A stretch of 64,000 nt of DNA. It comes from Diplonema japonicum. Its lineage: Eukaryota; Protista; Euglenozoa: Diplonemea. The stretch is taken from NCBI GenBank assembly GCA_964019335.1, contig OZ025733.1, forward strand, positions 124,001 through 188,000, read 5' to 3'. The position numbers and the translations under genes were made by a program. Each line of letters begins with the position of its first letter. Within the stretch, counting starts at the first letter, position 1. Of the stretch, positions 10,752 to 23,076 are shown piece by piece. The notes under the pieces were generated by a model, which saw nothing but the letters and a program-made list of their open reading frames with translations, made no database searches and was not told the DNA's origin.

Positions 10752-10858
10752 GACGCGCATGAATGGACCAATGAGATTCCTTCTGTCCCTACCTACTGGC
10801 GAACCAGCAGTCAAGGGAACGGACTTGAAACTGTCAGCGGGGAAAGAAGACCCTGTTG
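10752..10858 (+). pseudogene. Isolated LSU (28S-type) rRNA fragment, ~107 nt
   Basis: gacgcgcatgaatgga...gagattcc..ctgtccctacctact...caagggaacgg.cttg...tcagcggggaaagaagaccctgttg matches the conserved eukaryotic LSU core. No flanking rRNA sequence. Confidence 0.9.
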
Positions 10859-11975
10859 TGTCCATGAGCTTCTCCGTTATGAAAAAAGAAGTAAACCCTA
10901 TATTTTTCCGTTTGTGGAATTGTTATTGTTCTCAACTTCCATAACCCTGCGTGGCGCAAATTCTGAAAAAGTGGCTTTGAAAAAAAAAAAAAAAAAAAGG
11001 GAATTGCCCTTTGACAAAAGTGTCCTGGTGTTTACAACTGGCACTTTTCCTTTCCTCCCCTCCCCCCTTTTTTTTTACCCACCATAACTGTGACCGGGGT
11101 GGCTGGCGACACGGGATTCTTGATATAGAACAAATGAAGAACGGGGGGAAGAAAAAAAAAAGAGAAAAAAATATCTCCGGATTTTTTTTTAATTTTTTTT
11201 TTTAAACCCGTGTGCGCATATTAAAAAAAAAAAATCCTTTTTTTTCCCCACACAGTCGACAAGGCTGTTTTGTACTAAAAAAAAAAGAAAAAAAGAAAAA
11301 AAAAAAGATTGTGGGTTTTTTTTTTATTTTATTTTATATATATGGGTCGTGCACCGTTGCTAACCACTTCGTTTCCTAACACAGTGATTTTTTTTTTAAA
11401 AAGATTTTTAGGGAAAGTAATTAGAGATCAAAGATTTTTTTTTTCTCCACGTTAGGCTTCAGAGACAACAAACTGTTCCTGTCCGCTCATCGAGTCCGGG
11501 GGGGGGGGGGGGGGTAAGTATTTTGGTCTCTGCGAGCGAACAAAAAAAAAAGGTTTTTTGATCTCTAAAAAAAAAAAAGAACTTTCTCCCATTTTCTTAT
11601 AGAACCGCGAGGGGGGGGGGGGGGGGAGGGGGTCGTTTTTTTTTGATCTGGGGTACGCATGTGAAAGATATTTGAAATCTGAGTTCATTACACTAAGAAT
11701 TAAGTGTTTTTAGTTTTTGGCCCTTTCTGCGCACCAATATGCCCGAGAGACATTTTATTTTGCATGAACAGATGAATTGTTGGTGCTAAAAAGAGTAGTG
11801 GTGGCATTGCTGGGCTTATCCTTCTACAGGTTAACCCCGGCTGTGCACAAACAACAATCAACCGACTCTTTTCTCCAAATTGGAAAAAAAAAAAAAAAAA
11901 AAAAAAATATCCTACTGCAGCGGCTTCAAATTAGAAAATTCGAGAAATGGGTTATAAATGGTTTTATTTCAGGTC

Positions 11976-12012
11976 AGGCGTCCTGCCACATACCGCAGGT
12001 ACCCTTAAATGT

Positions 12013-12016
<4 letters not shown>
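11976..12016 (+). mobile_element. Severely 5'-truncated copy of the LINE-like 3' end (tail D)
   Basis: caggcgtcctgccacataccgcaggtacccttaaatgtctc is identical to 9616-9656 and is followed by ~40 T. Confidence 0.8.
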
Positions 12017-12057
<41 letters not shown>

Positions 12058-12304
12058 CCCCCTTCTTCTTCCTTCTTTTTTTTCCACCTCCCCTTGTTCT
12101 TCGTTGTTATTAGGAGAGTTGGGCATTCGATTAACTTTTTTTTTTTTTTTCCCTTTCTTCCCTCTTTTCTACTCTCGTTTTCCCAAACTTTTCCGAAAAA
12201 AAACAACATGAGGAAGGTAGTTTTTTTTTTCTTTCTTCTTTTTGAATTTTTTTTTAAACTCTCTTTGATGCTAGCAGCGGAGAACTGTTGTTGGGAAAAA
12301 ACGC

Positions 12305-12339
<35 letters not shown>

Positions 12340-12698
12340 CGCAAATGAACAAAACAGGTTCGCGAAGCCGACAAAAAGCAAATAAAATGTGCTTTTTCTT
12401 CTTCTTTTTTTTTCCACTTCTTTTTATCTAATCTTTTATGTCCCCATATTTCTATACTATTTCCTTGAGTTTCTATTTTTTTTTTTCCCCCTGCCCCTTG
12501 CCCCCCGCCTCTTTTTTTTTTCTCCCTTTTCTTTTTCTCTGCCCCCCGCTCCTTGTTCCGTTTGCTTCTGTCCCCACAAAAAAAAAAGAACTTTTTTTTC
12601 AACACAAAAAAAAAAAAAATCTTATTATTTCGCTCCTAACAAAAAAAAAAAAAAAAAAAGGGAGGGGGAACACAAAAAAAAAAAAAAAAAAAAAAAAA

Positions 12699-13670
12699 AT
12701 GTCAGCCCCAGAACCCGAGAACAACGGTGACCCTGTTCAAGAGGAGGAACAATTGGAGCCAGAACCGTCGCCTACAAGCGAGGCGGGGACCGAGGAGGAA
12801 CTTGCTCCTGAAGAATGCGATTTCAGCGGATGGACGGGCGAAGGGGTACCCTGGACAAGCAGACCAGGGAGGTTTGCGCGGTACAAGGGTAGTGTGAACA
12901 TCAACGACTTACCGAATATGGCATGTGCCGAAGGGCACCACAGCACCTGGCGGCTGAGATCGAAGGGATACTCCAAAACAAAAAAAAAAAACGTCTCTCA
13001 CCCACAGCTGTACTCTTTCGTAGGCTGCGAACTGGTCAGCTCTGCGAATCCTTTTTTGAACACCGCCCAAAAGGGTAAGCTTCCCCCACCCCCCTCCTTC
13101 CCAACAAATGGCCTGCCCCACACCATAGTTAACCTCCTCCAACTGCCAAAATGCGAAAAACCAGGTTTATTTGGCCAGGCATTAACCGGTAAAACGGTAA
13201 CAGCAGTTGTAATTTACCAATTAAGACAGGATTGGGCTGAACGGTCCGCTGACGACTCTGAAGATGGAGAAAAATACCCTCAGGTTGACCTTCTGAGGAG
13301 GTTTATTCAGAATCTGGACGCAAGCCCACGGAAGATTGCTGAAGACCCGTTCCTGGGCAGGTTCAAGCTCTTGGTAAAATCAGATGCCGGTGTTCCAACA
13401 AGCTTTTCGAAGTTCAACGGCAAGCCTGTCCTGGTCACGGGGTCCGGTCAGTTCTCTCTTGACTCAGGGGTTTTGGAAATTGGAGTAAACATGCGGGCCT
13501 GGGCCTACCCTGCGAGGTTGGCGCTTTACAGCAACTGGAACAAGCTTGAAAACTACCGGCTCCACGTCGGGATTTGCATTGAGGGCCGTGGAGACGAAGA
13601 ACTACCTGAGGCGCTCCTTGGTTGTTGTATGCTTACTGCGCCTTCTGTAGATTCCGCGCCCCCGCTGTGA
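12699..13670 (+). CDS. EDR2 C-terminal domain (DUF1336) protein
   Basis: WRLRSKGYSKTKKK, IVNLLQLP, RFKL, GKPVL, LEIGVN and IEGRGDEELPEALLG are typical of the family. ATG follows a poly(A) run. Confidence 0.85.
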   Translation: MSAPEPENNGDPVQEEEQLEPEPSPTSEAGTEEELAPEECDFSGWTGEGVPWTSRPGRFARYKGSVNINDLPNMACAEGHHSTWRLRSKGYSKTKKKNVSHPQLYSFVGCELVSSANPFLNTAQKGKLPPPPSFPTNGLPHTIVNLLQLPKCEKPGLFGQALTGKTVTAVVIYQLRQDWAERSADDSEDGEKYPQVDLLRRFIQNLDASPRKIAEDPFLGRFKLLVKSDAGVPTSFSKFNGKPVLVTGSGQFSLDSGVLEIGVNMRAWAYPARLALYSNWNKLENYRLHVGICIEGRGDEELPEALLGCCMLTAPSVDSAPPL

Positions 13671-13701
13671 AAGATTTTTTTTTTTTTTTTTTTAGTGTCA
13701 C

Positions 13702-13730
<29 letters not shown>

Positions 13731-13732
<2 letters not shown>

Positions 13733-14100
13733 TCCCCACCTGTCATGGGTGGGGATCGGTACCATTCGGATGTGAATTTGGTATCGATGTTTGTGGGACC
13801 CACCCATTATCTTCACACCCCCCCCCCCCCTATATCCCTTTACCAACTGCAATTTTTTGTAGAGGTATGAGGGTAGTAGGAGAGGGGTGAGAGGGGGGGG
13901 GGGGGGTACCGCATATATCGACCCCCCCCCCCCCCCTCCGGATTGGGGGGTCATGCGCAATATAGGGAGGGGGGTCCGAGAGGGGTCCCCTCCCTATAGT
14001 GGGGCATGACCTATGAAAGAGTCCATCAGGGTTGGACCTAGTAGGCAATCATTTTATGACCGACATAAAGGGCGCCGCCAACACCGGCCTCCTTTAACTC
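13731..14100 (+). mobile_element. Highly structured ~370-nt element ending in tail A (probable second SINE-like family)
   Basis: Serial hairpins (gatccccacc/ggtggggatc; ggtcatgc..tatagggagggg/cccctccctata..gcatgacc), then agggcgccgccaacaccggcctcctttaactc. T tracts on both sides. Confidence 0.6.
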
Positions 14101-14396
14101 ATTTTTTTTTTTTTTTTTCGCTTTGAATTTTTTGATGTTAAAACGAGTTCAAAAAACCCCGTCCCCCTGCAAAAAGAAGGGGAAAAGAAAATGAGGACAA
14201 CCCTACATTTGTCATTCTGGTTTTCCTGCTGCTTTAAAAGGCCCGGTTTGGGTGAAAAAAAAAAAGTATAAATGAGAAGAAAAAGAAAAAAAAAAAGAAA
14301 TAAAAAACTCAAGTATAATAAAGGTTTTCGGATTGACAAATATCTGAGTTATGTTGCTTTGTCAGGCCGGGAAATTGGTTCTCGGGGGAGCATGGT

Positions 14397-14443
<47 letters not shown>

Positions 14444-15248
14444 CCTCTGTAATTATGTTCTTATGTTTCTTTTCTTTTGAGTTCGTGAGTTTTGAATTTT
14501 ATTTTTTATCTCCGCAAAGGGGGGGGGGGGGAAGAGAAAAGTGTCCGGTGCCTCTCTGCTTACGTTGGGTTTTTTTATCATTTTTCTACCCCCTCCCCCT
14601 TCTTTTCGTTTTTTTTTTGCAACCACACCATTAGATCTATGTGTTTTCTTTTCTTTTTTTGTTTTAACAAATGTTACTCGAGACTAAAAACTAGTGTGAT
14701 GGCAGCGTAATGAGCTATTTTATTAGGTAAAATTCCGCTCGTGCGCACGTACAAATGAAGCGCTATCCTAGTTTTTTTTTTTTTTTTTTTTTTGTTTTCT
14801 CTCCTCCTTTTTTTGGGAGAGGGTGTGACAAGGGGAAAAAAAAAAAAAAAATAGGTGTATATATCACACATACCTCCGTTAGTCCCCTTTTTTTTTCTTT
14901 TGTTCTCATCTAATCTTTTTTTCATTCTTCCCATGTATAGGGCTCCTATATATTCACACATTGTTTAGTTTTCTTTTTTTTCCTTTTTTTTATTTTATTT
15001 CCCCCAAACTCACCCTTTCATTCTCGCCTTTTTTATTTATTTATTTATTTATTTACTTTCATTTCAAACCCCCCCCCCCCCCCCCCCCTCCTTGTTTTCC
15101 TCTTTTTTATCCCCCTCCCCAATTATTCAATCAAAAAAAAAAACACAAAAAAGAAAAACACAAGAAAGGAGAAACGAAGGGGGGCGGGGGGGGTGGGTTT
15201 CCCCCAACGCTCCTTCAGAAGGGAAAAAAAAAAGAAAAAAAAAAGGGA

Positions 15249-18200
15249 ATGCCAACAGTACAAGCACGATGTGGATGCGGGTACCTACACCCCGTGAGAT
15301 TGAGCAAAACAAGAGAGGACACACAGTCCCCACACAGAACCTACGGCGGGGTGTTATTTGCAGAAGAACACAAGGTCTCTCTTGACACAGTGGCAGACAT
15401 AAGCGAGAAGCTCAACCTGAGGGAGAAAGAACTTGATGCGGCCTTCGCCGTCATAAAGCAGTATGAGGAACTCGAGACCCGACGGCGGGAGGAAACCAAC
15501 GAGAAGGAACAACTCGCAAAAGATAAAGACAACGAACTAGAACTCCTACGAGAGGAGCTCGGTGAAGTCCGCGAAGTTCTCAGACAAACGGAGGGCGAAC
15601 GGGTCAGCTTTGAAAAGCAAACCATCGACACCACCGCAAAACTGGAGATACTAAAACTTGCTGAGATGAAATCTGTCGCCAGCATGCGCCAGCTCGGCGA
15701 AACGGCCACCAAACACGAAGACATGAAACGCCTCGCAGCAGAGTCGCAAGCCAAACTAGCAAGCGTAACTGAACAACTTCACAAAACCCAGCTTCAACTG
15801 CAAGTCAACAACAGCACCGCCGTTCAAGAAAACACCTCTTTAAAACAGAAAGTCGCCGATTTTCACGAACGCCTTGCTTACGCAGACGCACTGAAGCAAG
15901 AGCATGTCCGCCTTACCGAAGCGTACAAGGATCTTGACATTCAGCACATGTCCGCCGTTCGCGAGCTTCAGACATCGCACCAGCTCGTAGCTGACCTTCG
16001 TAAGGCCGCCGAAGACGCTGCTTTTAAACAACAAGAATTGACAGAAACGCTTGAAATGGTCGCGCCTGTTCAGTCTGAGTTCCAGGAGCGTATTAAGCGG
16101 TTGGGCGATGCTTCCGTCGTCGCGCAGCAGGCCGTCGCCGAGAAAGAGACGGAATTAACGTCTCTCAGGGAGCAGCTTGCCTCCGCCACATATACCGTGA
16201 CTGCCTTGAACAGCTCTGGGGAGGCGAACACCCTCCGTGCTTCGCTTGCTGAAAAGGAAGATGAAATCGTTGAGTTGACCGCCTTAACAGCCTCGCTCCG
16301 TTCGGACCTCTCGAAGATCGACAAGAAGCGTACCAACAGCGCTGTTCAGCAAGACGCCATCGACGAGTTCACCGCAAGGGTCAAGGTCGACTTACAACAG
16401 TGGATGCCCGAGGACACAGCTGACGAACACGCTGCAATCATCATCGCTCTCAACAGATGCAAGAGGGCGGCCGCAGCGGACCGAGCACAGCACGAGGACC
16501 TAGAAGACGAGCTCCGCACACAACAAGACAAGGCTCGCGACGCCCAAGATAAAAACCGCGAGCTGCAAGACAAAACGAGAGATCTACAAGACAAGCTAAA
16601 CACGGCGACGCACGATGAAGCATCAAAGGGTGTTCTGCAGTCTATCTACCAAAAGCTAGCTGAATTGCCCGGCGGCGTGGTACCGTCGTCCCCCAAGCAC
16701 TCCGCGTCCGAACCCGCAGTGATGCCGCTCATCGAGCGTCTCATGACGGACGCAAGTGAAACGAAGGTGCAGCTTGCGGCACTGAACGAGCAGTACAACC
16801 AACTGCAGGACAAACATTCACTGAAGGAGAAGGAATACGCCGAGGTCGATGCGGACCGGAAGGGCATGAAGACGAACTACGAGGCTGCACTGAACGAGAT
16901 CGACGCCTTGCAGAGCCAGCTGCAGGACATCACAGCACTGTCGATTGACACACAGGAGAGAACGGAGCTCATCAAACTGCGCGGCGAAGCAGAGGTGCTC
17001 ACAGGCGACAGGCACATGCTGCAAGAAGCCATGGACACCAGAGACGCTCAGCTCCGTGCGGCTGAACGGGACCTTGCGATGCTTCGCAGCGAGCTTGCGG
17101 AGGTCAACGATAAGAATTCCGAATTGAACACGAGCTTGAACCTGACACGGGACGACTTTGATAAGCTGACCCTGCGCGAGAAGATGGCACGGGAACATGC
17201 TGCAAAGGTGGAGCGTGAAGCAGAAGAGTCCCACGACAGCATAGGGCTGCTGATGCTGCAGTTATCGAACTCAGAGAAACAGGAAAGCGTCATGAGATCC
17301 CTGCTCGACGAGAAGGATGACAAGCTCACACGCCTCAAGAATTCTATCATCGGCGGGACATCCAACGCTGACCAATCTCCAGTGACACTCAAGCTCGAGG
17401 CTGTCGAACAAGCCTTGACACAGCTCCAAGAACAACGAGAAGACGGTGCCAGAAGGCTTGAGACAGAATTGGCGACTCTCAAATCTGAACGTGACGCTTG
17501 GGCCGACCGTGCGAAGTTCTCCGAGCAGGAGGTCGACATGCTGCAGAACAAGCTGCAGTCCGTGCAGAGCATGCCCTTGGACGCAGTGTCCTTGAGCAGA
17601 TCGTCCCCCATGTCCTCCCCTGTAAGGGGGAGGGAGCTGGGGAGAGACCTCACGATGCAGGGCACACCAGTTCTTCTCGATGACCTTGTCATGTCACCGG
17701 AGATGGCAAGCCTCAAAGAACAGCTGACCCACGCCGAGCGTGCTGCTGACGCTGCTCGACAGGCCAGAGACGCTGCGGAGATAGAGCATAGACGCCTTCC
17801 TAGCACGCACCCTATCATACAACAGTTGCAAGAAGCGGAGGACCGTGTGGAGAGGATCGCGAACACTATACGAAGGAAGTCGGACCTTGAGGCTGCCGTG
17901 GCGAAGGGGCATAGCCCGTCGATCGCGACGAAGATGGGGACCCTTGAACAGCGGTTGAAGGGAAGGAACAGCTCGTACAACGAATTACTGTTGGAGAACG
18001 AAGAGCTCAAGAGACAGCTAGCAGCGGCACAACAAGAAGCAGAAGACGCCGCCGTGCGTGTCGTAGTCGCAGCAGAGGAACCGAACGATGAAAAGATCGC
18101 CGAGCTGACAGATGTCATCGAACAGAAGGGAGTTGTGATCTCCTCGCTTCGCATGGAAATCGCAAGGCGCGACGCGGTGACGGCGGAAGCGGAACGGAAG

Positions 18201-19887
18201 GACGCCGAGAAACAACAACAGTTCAACGACATCGGCGCGGAGAGGGAGGGGTTGGAACTGCAGACAGGTTTATTGAAAAAGCAAGTCGAGAAGTTAACAA
18301 GCGAAGTGAAGGAAAAAGAAGGCATTGTTCAACAACTCCACGCGGCACTGAAAAACACCTCCGAAATGACACCGCAAGCCGTGAAGGATATGGATGTAAA
18401 AATGGTGGAATTGGAGGCGGAAAACGAAATGCTTCACGAGCAGCTTGCCGAGGTGAGAACGTCGAAGATAAGAGGCTCACCGTTACCACCCACACCCACC
18501 CCGTCAAACTCTTCAAGAGAAATTGAAAATCTCAAATCCCAAAACAACGATCTTCAGAGCGAATACAACGCGCTTCTAAACGACGTGGCACAACTTAAAG
18601 ATGTTGTGACAGACCTCCACGGGTCGATCATGGACGAACAAGAAGGCAACGACACCATCACGGGAAAACTACGCGACACAGAAGCTCAGCTCGAGTCCGA
18701 GCTGAAGAGCAAGGTGGCCGTTCAGAAAACCATTCAAATTCTACAAGAACAGAACATTATACAACAAACCCAGCTCGCGCAACGAGGTGCCTCGCAACGA
18801 CACAAACAAGAGATTCAAGCCGATGTCAACGAACTCCAAAGCCAGTACGAAGAAGCCATAACAAGAACCCACCAAATGGAGAAGGAATACGAAGCCGGCG
18901 TGAACTTCTTCGTTACAAGCAAAACCTTTGACGCTGAGGTAGCGGACAAGGTTGTCCGCGCTATCACGAACAACAACAGGGAGCTAGAAAAAGAAGAGGT
19001 GCACGACATGTTAAAGGCCATTCTGTGCTCCGACAGACTTGACGACCACCCCGCTCTGGACCCCCGTATAGAATCCGCCTTGAAACAACTCGAATCAGAG
19101 GTTTTAACACTGATTGCAGAGTGCGATTCGAGACGGCCTCCCTTCGCTCGTTCCGACAGGATCCCGTTGGTCAAACGGCTTTCAATCCATATTGATGGAT
19201 TGCTCGCGGATGTTGGTATGGCTGCGTCTGGTGTTCCTGTCGGCGAGGCAACGAAGATCCAAGCTCTGCTTTCACAAGAAACATCGAGACGACGAGACGC
19301 TGAGGCCAAGAGTTTCAAACTGCAGCAAGAGATCGCTCGGTCAAAGAACAGGCTGTCCAAAGAACACGAAATGCAACGCGACATCCGGGATATGAAACAG
19401 ATCATCGAAGAGCTCCGTCTGGACAATCGAAACCTGCGTGCGAAGATGCAAGACGAAGTGCACGAGAAGCAGACTTCCGATCTGCGGATGAAGATCAAAG
19501 AGAACAACAGCGTGCGGGCGAAGCGGAGGATCAAGGATTTGGAGGGCAAGGTGAAAAACTCCGAATTGGAACGTCAGGAGCTAGAACGGGTGGTGAGCGA
19601 AACACTGTTAACGGGCGACAGAATGGTATGAAGGAGGGGGAAAAAAGAGAGAAAAAAAACCTGTCAGGACCGGGTCGAGCGCCGCACGCAAGCCTCGTCT
19701 CGTGCGTCGTCGCGGCAGGTGTCGCCTCTTTTATCTGTGCAAAGCCGGTCCCCGCGACCAACGCCGCAAAGCAGCCCTTCAAGATCTAGGTATGGAAAGG
19801 GGGTTAAATAGGTGAACTGGAAAAAAAAATTTTTTTTTCCCATAAAACAGATTTATGCTTGAACAAGAAGCCTGGGATACCTATTAA
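15249..19887 (+). CDS. Large coiled-coil (cytoskeletal-type) protein; probable introns 19626-19667 and 19790-19850
   Basis: Heptad-rich E/K/Q/L sequence over ~1460 aa. The ORF stop lies inside gtatga...ctgtcag, and splicing continues in frame (DRVERRTQASSRASSRQVSP...). The second intron, gtatgg...aaaacag, is less certain. Confidence 0.8.
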
Positions 19888-20202
19888 TTTTCTTTTTTTC
19901 TGTTTCCAGTTTTTTTTTTTTGTACATCCCCCCCCCCCCCCCCAGGCATGTAACACGGTCTTTTTTTGTTGTTGTGTGCATCTTATATCACCCACAAGTA
20001 TCTCATTCCATTTTTTTTATAGTCTGTTCTGCTTCTTGTAGTGATTATGTTCATCACCTCTGCATTGCCCCCCCCCCCCCCCTTTGTTTATGTATCTGTA
20101 TTTAGTGTAGCCTTTGTTTTTCTTACTGTTACTATTTTTTTTTTCTTCCATGATGCCACACCATAACCGCACTCACGCTGCAGGCTAACTTCAAAAGTGA
20201 AG

Positions 20203-21888
20203 ATGTCCATCCCGCGGTCTCCCAGCGTGCTGAGCCCTGCAGTCACGCCCATGAAGTACTCCCCCATGTCCTACGCTACTCCCGAGAAGTACGCCCATGT
20301 GACCCCGCAGAGGCCTGCGTCACCTGCGGCTGCTGTGTTGTCTCCCACACCTCACTCCCCTGTGCCGGTTATCCCTATGGCTTCTCCTCCGCCTGTGGTG
20401 TACCCCTCCTCCCCGACTGTTCACTCTCCTGCTCCTTACGTGAGTCCTCTCAAGGCTAGGCTTTCTGCGAGCCCAGTGAGGGAGGCCACCATCCTGAGTT
20501 CAGCGGACCGTGTCACACAGCTTGCCAACGCCACCACTGAGGCCACCTACAAGGAGGAACTGACTGCCAGCAGGCTTGCCGCAGCCCGTGCCCGTGCTAG
20601 CGTGCAAGAGCTCACCGCGAACAACCTGCAAAAGGAGAGCACCGTGCAGCACCTGAACAGCGAGAAACAACGCCAGACGGCGCATGCGGCAAGGAGACAG
20701 GTCGACACCGCCGCCCAGCAGGCGGATCTGTCACGCTACAAGTCCCTCAAGGCAGAGAAGAAGATGATCGATGCCGAATCCAAGCGTCTGAGGGAGGAGG
20801 CCAGGGTCGCAAAGCTCGAACACGAAGCCGCTGCCACAAAGGCAAACGTCGACTTCTCCCACCAGAACCTCGCCGCCAGCGAAATGGCGCATGTGGCGGC
20901 ACGTGCGTCCGTGTCGCAGTCGCGCTCCAGCGTCGGTGTTGTCAAGCGTTCCATCTCCGCATCGCGTGACCGTAAGGACCGTGCCGAGGCCCTCCTGCGC
21001 GAGTCGTACGGTGCTGTCAACCAGGTGTCCACGGACGTGGCGATGTATTCCGACGAGCTGCTGCTGGCGGCGGAGCAGGAGCGTGCCTCTGCACTCCGGA
21101 AGGAGGCCGCTCTCAATGTCGAGAACATGGCGAGCACGTACCTCGCGCACCACGCTGACCCGTACTCCCCAGTCCGCGTCAGGGACGTCGAGCAGGCGGC
21201 CGCTGACATCGAAGCTGCCAGGTACGCAGACCACGCGGCGACCTCGTCGATTCAGGAGGCAAGACTGCGGACATCAATGGCGTCGGGGAAGCTGAGAGGC
21301 GCGGAGAGCAGGCTGCTGGGAGCTGACGCAAAGGCGAGAGTTTCAGATGCGCACTTCAGAGAAGCAGCGCTGAATATGGAGGTTGGAAAGCAAAGGCTCA
21401 TTGAGGGGACCACGCAGCTGGAGAGGGCCAGGCTGCTGGAGAGAGAATCTAAACTGTGCGCTCTGAGGTCGAAAGAGCAGGTTGTGCTGAACGCGCAGAA
21501 TCTGGCAAAGAAAAGGGCAGTCCTGCGTCGTGCGAAGGAGAAGCTCACGGAGTCCAAGGAAATTGCAGGCACAAAGAGGAAAGAAGCCAACAGACAGCTG
21601 GCCTCTGCGAACGTAGCAGACAAGGTCTTCGCAGCACGTCTAGAGAAGGAGAGGCAAGCACGCATTGAGGCTGAAGAAGCAGCCGTCAGGGCGCACACTG
21701 CAGTTGCTGCTCTGACAGAGACACAAGTTGGGCTTGCCTACGCAAAGCGGGAGGAAGAAGATGCTGCGGTTCAGCACAGCCACGCATGCCAAGAGACTGA
21801 TGTCTGCAGGCGTGAGATGCTCAATGAAGTTCACACCCTGCAAACTCTCGAGTCCACTGACTCTTATTTGAGGCCTTTGTCAGGATGA
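20203..21888 (+). CDS. Ser/Pro-rich head plus Ala/Glu/Arg-rich coiled-coil protein
   Basis: 561-aa ORF with many SP/TP sites N-terminally and a long helical body. Confidence 0.85.
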   Translation: MSIPRSPSVLSPAVTPMKYSPMSYATPEKYAHVTPQRPASPAAAVLSPTPHSPVPVIPMASPPPVVYPSSPTVHSPAPYVSPLKARLSASPVREATILSSADRVTQLANATTEATYKEELTASRLAAARARASVQELTANNLQKESTVQHLNSEKQRQTAHAARRQVDTAAQQADLSRYKSLKAEKKMIDAESKRLREEARVAKLEHEAAATKANVDFSHQNLAASEMAHVAARASVSQSRSSVGVVKRSISASRDRKDRAEALLRESYGAVNQVSTDVAMYSDELLLAAEQERASALRKEAALNVENMASTYLAHHADPYSPVRVRDVEQAAADIEAARYADHAATSSIQEARLRTSMASGKLRGAESRLLGADAKARVSDAHFREAALNMEVGKQRLIEGTTQLERARLLERESKLCALRSKEQVVLNAQNLAKKRAVLRRAKEKLTESKEIAGTKRKEANRQLASANVADKVFAARLEKERQARIEAEEAAVRAHTAVAALTETQVGLAYAKREEEDAAVQHSHACQETDVCRREMLNEVHTLQTLESTDSYLRPLSG

Positions 21889-21903
21889 TAGGATTAAAAA
21901 TCA

Positions 21904-21948
<45 letters not shown>
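21904..21948. repeat. (TTG)n microsatellite
   Basis: About 15 units directly visible. Confidence 0.95.
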
Positions 21949-23076
21949 ATTCACTCGCCCCCCCACCCCACCCTCCTCGTTTTCTCTCCTTGTATTCACT
22001 GTACCTCCTTCAACGTTGTTGTTTTTCTGTTTTTTTTTTCTTGTTTTTTTTTTTTTTGGTTGTTGAGCATCTGCACACTGAAGATTTTTTATCGAGTTTT
22101 TTTTCCCAAAGAAAACCCCCTTAAGTTCGCCCCCCCCCCCCCCCCCCCTTTCCTTTTTTTCCCTGCCAATGAACCCTATGATGGCAAAAAAAAAAATAGT
22201 ATAGCAAGAGCTTTTTTTTAAAAAAAAAGAAGAAAAGGATTCACTTTTTTTATTTTTTTTAAAATTGTATGTACTTCCCTTGTCTATTTTCTTCTTCTTC
22301 TTCTTCTCTAAATATTTTCTTTTCTTTCTTTTAAATCCTCCTTTACCCCCTCCCCCTGTTCTGTTTGTTGTTGTTGGCATTCCCCTCCCTCTCCCTTCTT
22401 TTTTATTCTTCGTTTTTTCTCATAAGATTAGCGGTCGGGGAGGGGGGGGGAGAACGAGACAAGAGAAAGAACGAAGAAATGCACGGTCCTATGCCCTATA
22501 GTTTCGAGAAAATTTCAAAAAAGATTTTCCATACACCCCAACAATTGCCAAGAGCCGTGTATACCCCCAACACCCCCGTCGGGAAAGAAGAGATCATCTT
22601 TAAGGGAAAATAGGGGTGAATCGTCCCCATATTCCCACCAGGAGCCTTTTTCTTGTTACTTCGGAACCGCATGCGGGCAAAAAAAGATTTTTTTTTTTCG
22701 ATTTCGTCGTTTAAGGGCAAATAAAATGCCAACCACCAGAGAAACCACTCAATCCGATGTTGTTTTTTAATACCCAGAATCCCGTTTTTTCACCCTTTTA
22801 TAGGCTGTTAGACACGTTCTTTGGCAAAAACTGGAAAAAAAAAAAAAAAAAAAAAAAGTGACTTTATCGACCATATGACCCTCCCCTATCCCCCCCCTCC
22901 TGACCCATTCTTGTTATTTTTGTTAAGGTGCTCTCAATTTTTTTTTTTCCCCCTTTTCTTTTTTCTTACCACCCCCCCCCCCCCCTCCCCCTTCCACTTA
23001 AACATTCTTCAAAAGAAAAAGGGAGTTGGGGAGAGAGAGAGGGAGGGGGAGAAGAGAAAAAAAAAAAAAAAAAAAC

